64,000 nucleotides of DNA from Candidatus Tanganyikabacteria bacterium (GCA_016867235.1 VGJY01000003.1:406-64405); one strand, 5' to 3'; positions 27,519-36,652 are shown, counted from the stretch's first letter. Notes: generated by a model not told the origin, from the sequence alone. Numbers and translations are program-made.

Positions 27519-28951
27519 ACCTGCGGCTTGCGATTGCGGGTGCCGCACGCCCGGCGCTCGCGATCCTGTCCGGCGCGATCGGCCTGGCCCTCGCGGCCGC
27601 GCCCGCCCGTGCGGCCACCACCAGCGCCAGGGCCCTCGGAATGGGGAATGCCTACGGCGTGGTCGCCATCGAGGCGGACATGGCGGCGTGGAACCCGGCG
27701 CTCCTGGGCATCAGCCGGCCGGGCACCCCGGTCTTCGCCGTGCAGTTGCCGTCGGCGAACCTCGGCATGGGCAACAACTTCCTGTCCCTGGACGCGCTCA
27801 ACGGCCTGCTCCCCGACGACAGCGGAAACTCGCGTACCTTCGGCGACGCCACCATGGAAACCCTCGTGGGCAGCATGAGCGACCGCGGCTGGGAACTCCT
27901 GGCGGTCGATTCCGGCGCGCGCCTCTTCGCGCTGGCGATCCCCCCGCTGCGCACCTCGTTGCACGCTCAGGCCGACGTAGACTTCCAGGGCCTGGGCCTG
28001 CCGCGCGGCCTGGTGGAGTTGCTTCTGCAGGGCAACACGGAGCAGCGCAACATCAATCTCGACGGCCTCAAGGGCGCTTCCGCGGCGGTCGTGGCGTCGG
28101 CGGGCCTGTCCCATGCCGTGCCGCTCCCGATGTTCTCGGAGCGCCCGAGCGCCATCGGCGCGACGTTCCGCTACCTGCACGGCCTCGGCTGGCTCAACGT
28201 CGAGGACGCCTCCGGCTCGATCCTCACCGTGGACCCGGAAGGCCGCATATCGGCCGACGCGGGCTTGCGCTACCTGCTCACGTATCCCGGCGACTGGATC
28301 CGGACGGGCAACGGCCTGGCCTGGGACCTCGGCCTCGCGACGCAATGGAACGAGGCCCTCACCTGGGGCCTGACGGTCGGCAACCTGGGCTACATCAAGT
28401 GGAACAAGGTCTCCGACAAGGTCACCACCGCCAAGATCTCCCCGCGCAGCCTGGGCCTGTCGTACGAGGCCAAGCCCGACGGCAGCGAGCAGACCCAGGG
28501 AACGCCCCAGGACCCGTTCAAGGATGCCTTCAAGGACTCGGTCGGGCCGGCGGACGGCAAGAGCGACATCGACGGGCGGCTCCCGCCCTATGCCCGCCTG
28601 GGCTTCGCCTGGCGCGGCGCGTTGGGCCTGCCGCCGATCAGCCGGAGCCCCCTGGCGTTCAACACGCCGCCGTTGCCGATCCTGGTGGCCGCCGACATCG
28701 TGCAGGGATTCGGCAACGGCTACGGCGTGTCCACCACGCCCGAACTGCACGTGGGAGCCGAGGCCAGGCCCCTCTTCCCGATGATGCCGCTGCGGGTGGG
28801 CTTCTCGTTCGGCGCGCGCTCCATGGTGAGCATGGGCGCGGGCCTGGACTTGAGCTTCTACAAGCTCGATCTGGCGTTCGGCACGATGAACGGGGTATTT
28901 GGAAACACGAAGGGCGTCTATGCGGCGCTCACCAGCAACCTCGCATTCTAG
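27515..28951 (+). CDS. FadL/TodX-family outer-membrane hydrophobic-compound channel (putative)
   Basis: Signal peptide. N-terminal segment ALGMGNAYGVVAIEADMAAWNPALLG resembles the FadL hatch region (GLGRAYSGEGAIADDA..NPA). C-terminal ...NLAF ends in an aromatic residue, typical of OM beta-barrels. Confidence 0.65.
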   Translation: MNLRLAIAGAARPALAILSGAIGLALAAAPARAATTSARALGMGNAYGVVAIEADMAAWNPALLGISRPGTPVFAVQLPSANLGMGNNFLSLDALNGLLPDDSGNSRTFGDATMETLVGSMSDRGWELLAVDSGARLFALAIPPLRTSLHAQADVDFQGLGLPRGLVELLLQGNTEQRNINLDGLKGASAAVVASAGLSHAVPLPMFSERPSAIGATFRYLHGLGWLNVEDASGSILTVDPEGRISADAGLRYLLTYPGDWIRTGNGLAWDLGLATQWNEALTWGLTVGNLGYIKWNKVSDKVTTAKISPRSLGLSYEAKPDGSEQTQGTPQDPFKDAFKDSVGPADGKSDIDGRLPPYARLGFAWRGALGLPPISRSPLAFNTPPLPILVAADIVQGFGNGYGVSTTPELHVGAEARPLFPMMPLRVGFSFGARSMVSMGAGLDLSFYKLDLAFGTMNGVFGNTKGVYAALTSNLAF

Positions 28952-28955
28952 CCGG

Positions 28956-29546
28956 ATGCCGGAAGGCGCACCCCTGGCCGACGAACTGCGGCGCCTCGTC
29001 GACCATCACCGGGTCCACGGCGCCAAGGGCCTCGATGCCGCCATCTGCGGCGCCATCGAGTCGGCGCCGGCTTTCTCGTTCCAGGACCTCCACGATGCCG
29101 GCCGCGCCCTCATGGAGGCGGTCGACACGGCTCTTTCCAGCAGGGAATGCAAGGACAAGCGAGCGCTCCAGCGCGGCTGGTTCGTCGGCATGGTGGCCGG
29201 GGCGGCGCGGCGGGGATTCGCGCCCGAGGAACTGGCCTACGTGATGGCATACAACGGCCTCCTGGTGGCCGTCGACGTCGGGATGATCCTGGGCGTCTAC
29301 GCCTTCTCCCTGGCCTGGGGCATGGGCCAGGCGCATGTCCGCCTGGGCTGGGATCCGGCCATCAAGCCGAAGTTGCACGAGGCGATGCTCCGTGGCCTCG
29401 CGGACGCCGAACGGCATCTGGGCGACGAGGTGCAACCCCAGGAACGCAAGTGGATGCGCGAGAATCTGGTCACCGGGTGGCGGGCCGGCGCGGTGCTGGC
29501 CAGGTTCCTGCCCGGGGCGCCGCTGGGGGCGCCGGCAAGCCCATGA
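28956..29546 (+). CDS. Hypothetical protein (196 aa) in the lipoprotein/FadL/KS operon
   Basis: ATG 6 nt after the FadL stop. Its stop overlaps the KS start (ATGA at 29543-29546). No family recognised. Confidence 0.5.
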   Translation: MPEGAPLADELRRLVDHHRVHGAKGLDAAICGAIESAPAFSFQDLHDAGRALMEAVDTALSSRECKDKRALQRGWFVGMVAGAARRGFAPEELAYVMAYNGLLVAVDVGMILGVYAFSLAWGMGQAHVRLGWDPAIKPKLHEAMLRGLADAERHLGDEVQPQERKWMRENLVTGWRAGAVLARFLPGAPLGAPASP

Positions 29547-30757
29547 CCTGCCCGCCGGCCGATCGGGCTCCCATGCGCATCGCGATCACCGGCATGGGGG
29601 CACTCTCGCCGCTCGGGGTCGGCGTCGCCGCCCTCTGGGATGGCCTCCTGGCGGGCCGCCACGGCATCTCGCACGTGAAGGCCTTCGACACCGCCCCGTA
29701 CGAATGCCACATGGGCGGCGAAGTGCCGTCCTTCGACCCCCTGGAGTACATGCCGGCCGACATGGCGCGCGCCGTCGGCCGCACCACCCAGTTCGCCATC
29801 GCCGCGTCCCGGATGGCCCTGGCGGACGCGGGCCTGGCGGACGCCTTCGAACCGGCACGCACGGGCATCTGCCTGGGCACGACCATGGGAGAGGTGCAGG
29901 AAATCGAGGCTCACTACACGCGAGGCGAAGTGGGGCGCCTGGGCCGGTATCCCGCGGCGCAGATAGCCGCCGCCACCGCCCGCGCGCTGCGCCTGGGCGG
30001 TCCCAACGCCGTGCTGCCGACCGCCTGCGCGGCCGGCAACTACAGCATCGGCCACGCCGTGGACCTCCTGCGCGACGGGCGCGCCGCCGTCATGCTGGCC
30101 GGCGGGGTGGACGTCATGGCCGAGATCCAGTACGTGGGCTTCCTGCGCCTCCGGTCGATGGCGCCCGACGTGCCGCGACCATTCTCGGCCGGGCGCGAAG
30201 GCATGATGGTATCCGAAGGGGCCGGGGTCCTGGCGCTCGAACCGCTGGAAGCCGCCAGGCGCCGCGGGGCCAGGGTCTACGCCGAGGTCCTCGGCTACGG
30301 CCTGTCGTGCGACGCCCACCACATGACGGCGCCGCACCCGGACGGCGCCGGCGCCCTGGCCGCCATGGCCGCGGCCCTGGCCGACGCCGGCCTCACCCCC
30401 GGCGACGTGGCCTACATCAACGCCCATGGCACCGGGACCCCGGCCAACGACAAGGTCGAGACCCTGGCCATCAAGCAATTGCTCGGGGAGGCGGCCTACC
30501 GCGTGCCGGTCACGAGCTGCAAGTCCGCCCTCGGGCATGCCATGGGCGCGGCGTCGGCCCTCGAAGCGATCGTGACGGCGCTGATCATCCACCACGGCCG
30601 CATTCCGCCCACCCAGAACTTCCTGGGCCCGGACCCCGACTGCGATCTGGACTACGTGACCGGCGGGCCGAGGGATGCCGACGTGCGCGTCGCCCTCTCC
30701 AACTCGTATGCCTTCGGCGGCAACAACGCCTGCCTGGTGCTCGGGAGGCCCGCGTGA
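29543..30757 (+). CDS. Beta-ketoacyl-ACP synthase (KS-alpha, FabF/type II PKS-like, catalytically complete)
   Basis: Active-site Cys (PTACAAGN) and both His (DAHHMTAPH, INAHGTGT, LGHAMGAAS). Alternative ATG at 29573. Confidence 0.9.
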   Translation: MTCPPADRAPMRIAITGMGALSPLGVGVAALWDGLLAGRHGISHVKAFDTAPYECHMGGEVPSFDPLEYMPADMARAVGRTTQFAIAASRMALADAGLADAFEPARTGICLGTTMGEVQEIEAHYTRGEVGRLGRYPAAQIAAATARALRLGGPNAVLPTACAAGNYSIGHAVDLLRDGRAAVMLAGGVDVMAEIQYVGFLRLRSMAPDVPRPFSAGREGMMVSEGAGVLALEPLEAARRRGARVYAEVLGYGLSCDAHHMTAPHPDGAGALAAMAAALADAGLTPGDVAYINAHGTGTPANDKVETLAIKQLLGEAAYRVPVTSCKSALGHAMGAASALEAIVTALIIHHGRIPPTQNFLGPDPDCDLDYVTGGPRDADVRVALSNSYAFGGNNACLVLGRPA

Positions 30758-31785
30758 GCGCGCGGGTGGTCGTGACCGGCCTCGGCGTCGTGTCGCCGGC
30801 GGGGGTCGGGTGCGAGGCGCTCCGGGGACCGGGACCCCGGGCCGGGGAAGGGCCGGCTTCGACACCCTTCGACGCCGCCGCGATCCTGGGACCCAAAGGC
30901 TTGCGCCTGCTTGATCGCGCCACGCTCATGACGATGGTCGCCGGTCATCTGGCGCTGGAGCAGGCCGGCTTGCTGGACCGGGCGCCCGCCTGGGCCGGAA
31001 TGCGAGCGCCGGGAATCGTGCTCGGCACGTCGTTCGGCTCGCTCGCCTCCATCACCGGCTACGTGAAGACCCGCCTGGCCCAGGGCGCGGCCGCGCTCAA
31101 CCCGAGCCTCTTCCCCAACACCGTGATCAACTCCCCGGCCAGCCAGTGCGCCATCCGCTTCGGCCTGCGAACGCTGTGCACGACGCTCGCGGCCGGCTGG
31201 GCCTCGGGCGCCGAGGCGATCTCCTACGCGGCCGACGCCCTGCGGCGCGGGCGAGCCGACATCGTGCTGGCCGGCGGCGTCGAGGAAGCCTCGGCGGACA
31301 ACCTGCTGGTATACGCGGATCTCGGCCTCGACCCGCCGGCCGGCTTCGGCGAAGGGGCGGCATTGCTGGTCCTGGAGCGCGAAACGGCCGCCCTGGAGCG
31401 CGGCGCGGCGCCCCTCGCGGAATTAGCGGGATGCGGGTCGGGCTTCGCGGGCGACGGCCCGCTCTCGGCTGCCCTGGCGCGAGCGGTGGCCGAGGTGGGA
31501 CTGCCTTCGGTCGACCTGCTGATCACCGGCGGCAACGGCTCGCCGGATCTGGACGATGCGGAACACGAGGTGTTTGCCGGTTGCGCGGCGCCCCGCGTCG
31601 CGCTCAAGGAGCGCCTCGGCGAATGCGACGGAGCCGGCGCGGCCCTTGCGGCCGCCTTCGGCGTCCTCGCTTGCTCGCGGCGGGCGGCCTCCGGGTATGA
31701 TACGGAGGTGGAAGCGGCCCTGGTCTCGGCGCCGAGCTACACCGGGCACGCCGCGGCGCTCGGCTTCAAGAGGTGGGACGGATGA
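30754..31785 (+). CDS. KS-beta / chain-length-factor-like ketosynthase paralogue lacking the catalytic Cys
   Basis: GTG 30754 overlaps the KS-alpha stop (GTGA), with GGGAGG RBS 6 nt upstream. Cys position reads TTLAAGW (Cys to Leu). HGTGT is replaced by ITGGNGSP. Confidence 0.8.
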   Translation: MSARVVVTGLGVVSPAGVGCEALRGPGPRAGEGPASTPFDAAAILGPKGLRLLDRATLMTMVAGHLALEQAGLLDRAPAWAGMRAPGIVLGTSFGSLASITGYVKTRLAQGAAALNPSLFPNTVINSPASQCAIRFGLRTLCTTLAAGWASGAEAISYAADALRRGRADIVLAGGVEEASADNLLVYADLGLDPPAGFGEGAALLVLERETAALERGAAPLAELAGCGSGFAGDGPLSAALARAVAEVGLPSVDLLITGGNGSPDLDDAEHEVFAGCAAPRVALKERLGECDGAGAALAAAFGVLACSRRAASGYDTEVEAALVSAPSYTGHAAALGFKRWDG

Positions 31786-32009
31786 ACAGCGCGATGGCCG
31801 ACGAGATCCGGCAGATCATCGCCGAGATCGCCGAGGTGGACCCCGCCGAGATCGGCGACGACACCCCGTTGCGCGAGGCGCTCAACATCGACTCGATGAG
31901 CGTCCTGGAAATCATGAGCGCCATCGAGGCGAAGTACGAGCTGAAGATCCCGGACGAAATGAGCAAGGAGTTCACCTCTCTGGGGTCGATCGTCGCGGCC
32001 GTCTCATAG
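31782..32009 (+). CDS. Acyl carrier protein
   Basis: About 75 aa with LNIDSMSVLEIM phosphopantetheine-attachment Ser motif. ATG overlaps the KS-beta stop (ATGA). Confidence 0.85.
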   Translation: MNSAMADEIRQIIAEIAEVDPAEIGDDTPLREALNIDSMSVLEIMSAIEAKYELKIPDEMSKEFTSLGSIVAAVS

Positions 32010-32134
32010 CGGCGCTCAAATGACCTGGCGCCTATCGGACGCAGGCACGGAGGCCTGCGCCACCGATGCAACGGGTGGGGCCGGCCTCCGTGCCGGCCGC
32101 GATGCCGGAGCGAAGTCATCAGAGCCGCGCTATC
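32007..32134. repeat. 128-bp dispersed repeat, copy B (100% identical to 18743..18870), starting within the ACP stop codon
   Basis: Direct sequence comparison. Same nested hairpin (stem GGCACGGAGGCC / GGCCTCCGTGCC; inner loop ACGGAG). Confidence 0.9.
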
Positions 32135-33572
32135 ACAGGGTGCCGCCGCCTCCGCCTGACGGCGCGCTGGCGCTCTCGGCCGGCCGGCCATCCAGGTAGG
32201 AGCGCACGCCAGCGGCGATCGCCCGCGCCAGGACCTGCTGGTAGGCGGGATCGACGAGTTGCCGCTCTTCGGCCGCGTTGGACAGGAAGCCCATCTCGAC
32301 CAGCGTCGCGGGGATGCGATCGTGCCGCAGCACGAAGAGCCGGGCCTGCCGGACTCCCCGGTCCGGCCGGCCGGTGGCGGCCACCAGTCGCTCGTGGACG
32401 GCCCGGGCGAGCGGCAGGCCGGGATCGTGCCGGTAGTAGGTTTCGACGCCCGTTGCCTCGGGCGTCTCGGCCGAATTGCAGTGCAGGCTGATCACGGCGG
32501 CCGGCCCGTGGCTGGCGATCAGCGCTTCCCGGTCGGCCAGCCGCAGCTCGCCGTCGAAGGAGCGCGTCAGCACGGGCTGGAGCCCCTCGGCCCTAAGCTC
32601 CTTCGCGAGGTGGCGGGCCACGCCGAGGGCCACCTGGCTCTCGGACGTCCCGGCGCCGCCCAGGGCACCCGGATCGTAGCCGCCGTGGCCGGCGTCCACC
32701 ACGACCACCGGCCGGCCGGCATCGAGCGCTGGAGCCTGCTCGATGCGCAGCGTCAAGCTCCGGCCGTCGGGGCTGCGGGTCGAGTCGAGGGCCAGGCGCC
32801 CGCCAGCCAGATCGAGGGCGAGCGTCCAGGCTTCCGGCTCGCGGCGCAGGGTGACGCGTTCGACCGCACCCTTCGCCCGCGGGGCCGCCACGGCCAGAGA
32901 GGAGCGGGGAATTCTCACGGTGAGGCGCCGGGGCTCGAGTTCTTCCAGCACCCAGGCCATCAGCGGCTCCCGACCGCGTATCTCGACGGTGGTCGCCCCC
33001 GAGTGCAACCGCCTGATCCGCATCCCGTCGATCACCTGGGGGACCGAAGGCCACGGCACGCTGCGCGTGGCTTCTCGCTCGCCCGACGCCTCCTCGCCGC
33101 TCGCCCAGGCGTGCGACCGCGTGGGGCCGGGCGGCCCGATGAATGCCGCGGGGCTCAGCGGGGCCGGGGGACCGATCGGCTCGCCGTGCCGGCGACCCGG
33201 TCCCGCATCCCCTGCGTCCACCCAGGCAAGCCGCGCCACCAGGCGCCGGCCGCCCTCGATCACGTCGGTGCGCAGGGCGGCGTCGCCGTCCAGATCCAGC
33301 ACGACGCGCAGCGTCCGGCTCTCCGGGTGGCGGGCGATCCTGACCTGCCGCACGCCGCCATGCTCCACCGGGATCAACGTGGGGGCCTGGCGATCGGCCA
33401 GGTCGGCATCCTGCAGATCCAGGATGCGGCGCTCCGGCTCGCGCAGCGTGCTCTGCCGCAGCACGATCGGCCTATCCGCCTCGATGACCAGCTGTCCGTC
33501 GCGCCAGGCCACGCTGCACGAGGCCGGTGTGGAGACGGCAGCCGCCGCAAGGATGGCGAACAAGGCAGACAC
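32133..33572 (-). CDS. N-acetylmuramoyl-L-alanine amidase (AmiC-type, Amidase_3) with N-terminal AMIN-like domains
   Basis: Catalytic domain VVVVDAGHGGYDPGA ... SLHCNS ... TLVEMGFLSN. Signal peptide. Confidence 0.85.
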   Translation of the reverse strand: MSALFAILAAAAVSTPASCSVAWRDGQLVIEADRPIVLRQSTLREPERRILDLQDADLADRQAPTLIPVEHGGVRQVRIARHPESRTLRVVLDLDGDAALRTDVIEGGRRLVARLAWVDAGDAGPGRRHGEPIGPPAPLSPAAFIGPPGPTRSHAWASGEEASGEREATRSVPWPSVPQVIDGMRIRRLHSGATTVEIRGREPLMAWVLEELEPRRLTVRIPRSSLAVAAPRAKGAVERVTLRREPEAWTLALDLAGGRLALDSTRSPDGRSLTLRIEQAPALDAGRPVVVVDAGHGGYDPGALGGAGTSESQVALGVARHLAKELRAEGLQPVLTRSFDGELRLADREALIASHGPAAVISLHCNSAETPEATGVETYYRHDPGLPLARAVHERLVAATGRPDRGVRQARLFVLRHDRIPATLVEMGFLSNAAEERQLVDPAYQQVLARAIAAGVRSYLDGRPAESASAPSGGGGGTL

Positions 33573-33695
33573 GCGAGATCCCTCTCTTGCCTCATCCTAG
33601 GCCGATCTGCGGACCCGGAGCGGTGGTCCGCCTCACATTCGCCTGCTCTCCGAGCCGAGAGGTAGGCCCTGGACCGGCCCGGGTAGGACCTACGT

Positions 33696-34670
33696 ATGGC
33701 GCTGAATCACGAACAGTTGATCAAGCTTCCCCAGTTCCAGGGCTTCACGCCCGACGAACTCGACGCGCTCTTCTCCATCGCCAAGCGTGTGGAAGCCAGC
33801 GCCGGCGAGCACATCATCAAGACCGGCGATGCCGCCGACTGCTTCTTCATCGTCGCGGGCGGCAGCCTCGAGGTGCTCGCCGACTCGGGCGGCGGCAAGC
33901 TGATGCCCGTCGCGCAGGTGGGCTCCGGCCAGCTCGTGGGCGAGATGCCGCTGATCTACAACCAGAAGCTGCGCCAGGCGGACATCGTCTGCGCCTCGGA
34001 CTGCAAGCTCCTGCGTTTCGACTACGCCGACTACGAGGAGATCGGCAAGCTGCACCCGACGGTGGCCAAGAAGTTCCGCTCCAACATCGGCAAGATAGTC
34101 GCCTCCCGGGTCTGGGCGGCGCAGGCCGCCACCGCCAAGCCCGGCGCGGGCAAGCCTGGAGCGCCGGCGGCTCCGGCCAGGCCGGTGACCTCCAAGTCGG
34201 CCAACCGCGACGCGATGAAGCGAGCGCAGGTCTTCGCGGGCCTGACCGACGAGGAGTACGAGAAGCTCGAACAGATCGCCCAGCCCTTCCCGGTCGAGCG
34301 CACGCACACGGTCTGCACGGCCGGCGATCCGGCCACGAGCTTCTTCCTCATCACGCGCGGCCAGGTCGAGGTGCAAATAGAGAAGTCCGGGCGCGCCTTC
34401 CCCCTGGCGCGGCTTGGCCCGGGCCAGTGCGTCGGCGAGATGGCGCTCATTTACAAGACCGACAAGCGCTCGGCCACGGTCGTCGCCGTGGACCAGACCC
34501 ACCTGCTGATGTGGGAATTCGAGGACTTCAACCGCCTGATCGCCCACGAGCAGAACATCGGCCGCAAGCTGCGCAACAACCTCGGCCGCGTCGCCGCCTC
34601 CCGCTCCTGGGCCCTGCCCGAAGCCGACGAGGCCAAGAAGATGCAGGCCCGCGGCTCGAGCGACGACTGA
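33696..34670 (+). CDS. Tandem cyclic-nucleotide-binding (cNMP/CAP-family effector) domain protein
   Basis: Two copies of the cNMP-binding signature (...GEMPLIYNQKLRQADIVCA..., ...GEMALIYKTDKRSATVVAV...). No output domain. Confidence 0.8.
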   Translation: MALNHEQLIKLPQFQGFTPDELDALFSIAKRVEASAGEHIIKTGDAADCFFIVAGGSLEVLADSGGGKLMPVAQVGSGQLVGEMPLIYNQKLRQADIVCASDCKLLRFDYADYEEIGKLHPTVAKKFRSNIGKIVASRVWAAQAATAKPGAGKPGAPAAPARPVTSKSANRDAMKRAQVFAGLTDEEYEKLEQIAQPFPVERTHTVCTAGDPATSFFLITRGQVEVQIEKSGRAFPLARLGPGQCVGEMALIYKTDKRSATVVAVDQTHLLMWEFEDFNRLIAHEQNIGRKLRNNLGRVAASRSWALPEADEAKKMQARGSSDD

Positions 34671-34704
34671 CGGCGGCCCTCCCCCGTCCGGGTAGAATGA
34701 CCTC

Positions 34705-35310
34705 GTGGACAGGACCGTCACCGAGGAACGCCTGCGAATCGGCTTCCTGCTCGACACGATCTGGTTCGAGATGAAGCACCAGCCCGTACGCTCCAAGGAG
34801 CAGACCCTCAAGCTGCTCGTCGACCTGCTGGCCGCGGAAGGGATCCCGTACGCCATCATCGGCGGCATGGCCCTGCAGGTCCACGTGGCGGATCCGCGGA
34901 CCACGGTGGACGTCGACGTGGCCCTCCTGGCGCGCGAGGACGTCCCGCGCACCGCGCTCGAGGCGCTGGGCTTCAAGCACACCGGCTCCTTCGAGCATTC
35001 CGAGAATTTCCGCAGCCCGGACGGGATCATGGTCCAGTTCAGCGGCGAGCCCGAGTGGCAGGGGGTGGTCCGCCGGGCCGAGATCCATGACGCGTTCGAC
35101 CGGCGCATCCCTTTCATCTCCCCCATCGACCTGGTGCGGGCCAAGCTGCGGGCGGCCGCGGATCCGGGTCGCCGCAGGTCCAAGCGGCTGATCGACGTGG
35201 CCGACATCACGACGCTTCTGGAGGAGCACGCCGACCTCGCGTCGCTCCTGACGGAGGACGAAATGGCGCGCATCGCCCGCCTGCCCGCCGAAATCGGCAG
35301 TCCCCTCTAG
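34705..35310 (+). CDS. Minimal nucleotidyltransferase-fold protein (putative)
   Basis: 201 aa. IIGGMALQVHVADPRTTVDVDVAL fits the GG...[DE]xD pol-beta-type NTase signature. Confidence 0.5.
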   Translation: MDRTVTEERLRIGFLLDTIWFEMKHQPVRSKEQTLKLLVDLLAAEGIPYAIIGGMALQVHVADPRTTVDVDVALLAREDVPRTALEALGFKHTGSFEHSENFRSPDGIMVQFSGEPEWQGVVRRAEIHDAFDRRIPFISPIDLVRAKLRAAADPGRRRSKRLIDVADITTLLEEHADLASLLTEDEMARIARLPAEIGSPL

Positions 35311-35385
35311 CGGGCTGCCAGGCGCCCCGCGGGAAGCGCAAAGCGCCCCGCGATCGCGAGGCGCTCCAGCTTTGCCTTCTCGGGG

Positions 35386-35784
35386 TTACTTGCCGCCGCG
35401 CTTGGGCAGGTGGTCCATCCAGTTGGACCCCAGGCCGGCGAAGAAGTTGTGCGCGTCGAGGACCTCGTCGTCGCTGATGGGCGGGAGGTTGCTGAACTTC
35501 TCTTCCTCGCGGCGCGACGAGAAGATGGCGCGCGACCGGGCGCTGCCGTAGCTGGGCACCGGGGCGGGGAGTTCGTTGCGGTCGCGAGGGGAGTCGGAGG
35601 ATTCGTACTCGACGCCGACGATCGCGACGCCGGCCGGCTGGTTGCAAGAGGTGCAATGCACCTTCACCACCCAGTAATCCTTCTCTTCGCGCAGGAGCTT
35701 GACGCCGTCAGGGGTGAACGCTTCGTTGCAATGTGCGCACCGGAGCTTTCGGAAGTGCTCCTGCACCACGGAGAAGTTCTTCAT
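35386..35784 (-). CDS. Zinc-ribbon protein (CxxC...CxxC), unknown function
   Basis: MKNFSVVQEHFRKLRCAHCNE...VHCTSCNQ. Start chosen at the internal ATG of track ORF 35386..35844. Confidence 0.45.
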   Translation of the reverse strand: MKNFSVVQEHFRKLRCAHCNEAFTPDGVKLLREEKDYWVVKVHCTSCNQPAGVAIVGVEYESSDSPRDRNELPAPVPSYGSARSRAIFSSRREEEKFSNLPPISDDEVLDAHNFFAGLGSNWMDHLPKRGGK

Positions 35785-35890
35785 CGCCAACCTCTTGATG
35801 TCTCCTCGCTCGCCCACCCCCGGGGACGGCTCGGCATTTCCCATGCCCTTGTACCCGAAAAATCGGGCGCCTATCCCGGAGTTGACAAGT

Positions 35891-36652
35891 TTACCCGCCT
35901 GTCACAGCCTTTGCGACGACGACCAGAATCCGCGTCCCTGCGCCCTCCGGCAGGTCCAGAGCCATGAGCTCCGGCTCCCTGCCGCCGGCCCTCCGGATGG
36001 CTGCAGCCGCATTCGCGGCCTCTTCGCGCCCCTTGGGGCCCTTCGAGATGAGCAGCCGCCCGCCTGGGCGAAGATATTCCAAAGTCCAATCGACGATAGT
36101 CGCCACATCCGCCACGGCTCGGGCGGTAACGAGATCATACCGCCCTTTGCCAGATTTGGAAGCCTCTTCGGCGCGCCCCCAGTGGGCTTGGGCCCTGAGG
36201 GACAAGCCGAGTTCCCGGATTGCCTCGTCCAGGAAGTTTGCCTTCTTCCTGGTCGCCTCCAGCAGCACTCCCGTCCACTTCGGGCGGGCGAGCAACAGGG
36301 GGATTCCAGGAAACCCGGCCCCCGCGCCCACGTCGAGCAGTCGAGTGGGCCGGTCGTGCCAGGAAGCAGGGATGCCCACCAGGTAGGCGAGCGAGTCAAG
36401 AAAGTGCTTCAGGACCGCGTCGCGTTCCCCGGTGATGCGGGTCAGGTTGATCCTCTGGTTCCACTCGACCAGAAGGTCGTAGTATCGCCGAAAGGCGGAC
36501 ACCTGATCCGCCGAAAGGGTTGCACCGTAGGCCTTGGCGCCCTCTGATAACAGCTCCCAGGGCGTCAACAGGCCGCTTGTGCCTCCTCTGTCGGTAGCCT
36601 TATACCCGTCCCATCGGACTCTATTCGGCCTGGAAGCCCGCTTAAACAACAA
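35891..36652 (-). CDS. rsmG: 16S rRNA (guanine527-N7)-methyltransferase RsmG (GidB)
   Basis: SAM-MTase motif LLDVGAGAGFPGIPLLLARP and RsmG N-terminal helix (YYDLLVEWNQRINLTRI). The true start is probably downstream of the track start. Confidence 0.8.
   Translation of the reverse strand: MLFKRASRPNRVRWDGYKATDRGGTSGLLTPWELLSEGAKAYGATLSADQVSAFRRYYDLLVEWNQRINLTRITGERDAVLKHFLDSLAYLVGIPASWHDRPTRLLDVGAGAGFPGIPLLLARPKWTGVLLEATRKKANFLDEAIRELGLSLRAQAHWGRAEEASKSGKGRYDLVTARAVADVATIVDWTLEYLRPGGRLLISKGPKGREEAANAAAAIRRAGGREPELMALDLPEGAGTRILVVVAKAVTGG

Noticed and set aside
29335-31785. 816-aa ORF suggesting one giant KS-KS fusion
   Set aside because: Upstream of GTG 30754 this frame overlaps the KS-alpha gene out of frame. 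The GGGAGG RBS and GTGA coupling define a separate 344-aa KS-beta.
33696-35310. cNMP-binding protein plus nucleotidyltransferase as a Pycsar/CBASS-like defence pair
   Set aside because: The NTase is only 201 aa, too small for a CD-NTase and not a class III cyclase. The cNMP-binding protein has no effector (TM/TIR/nuclease) domain.
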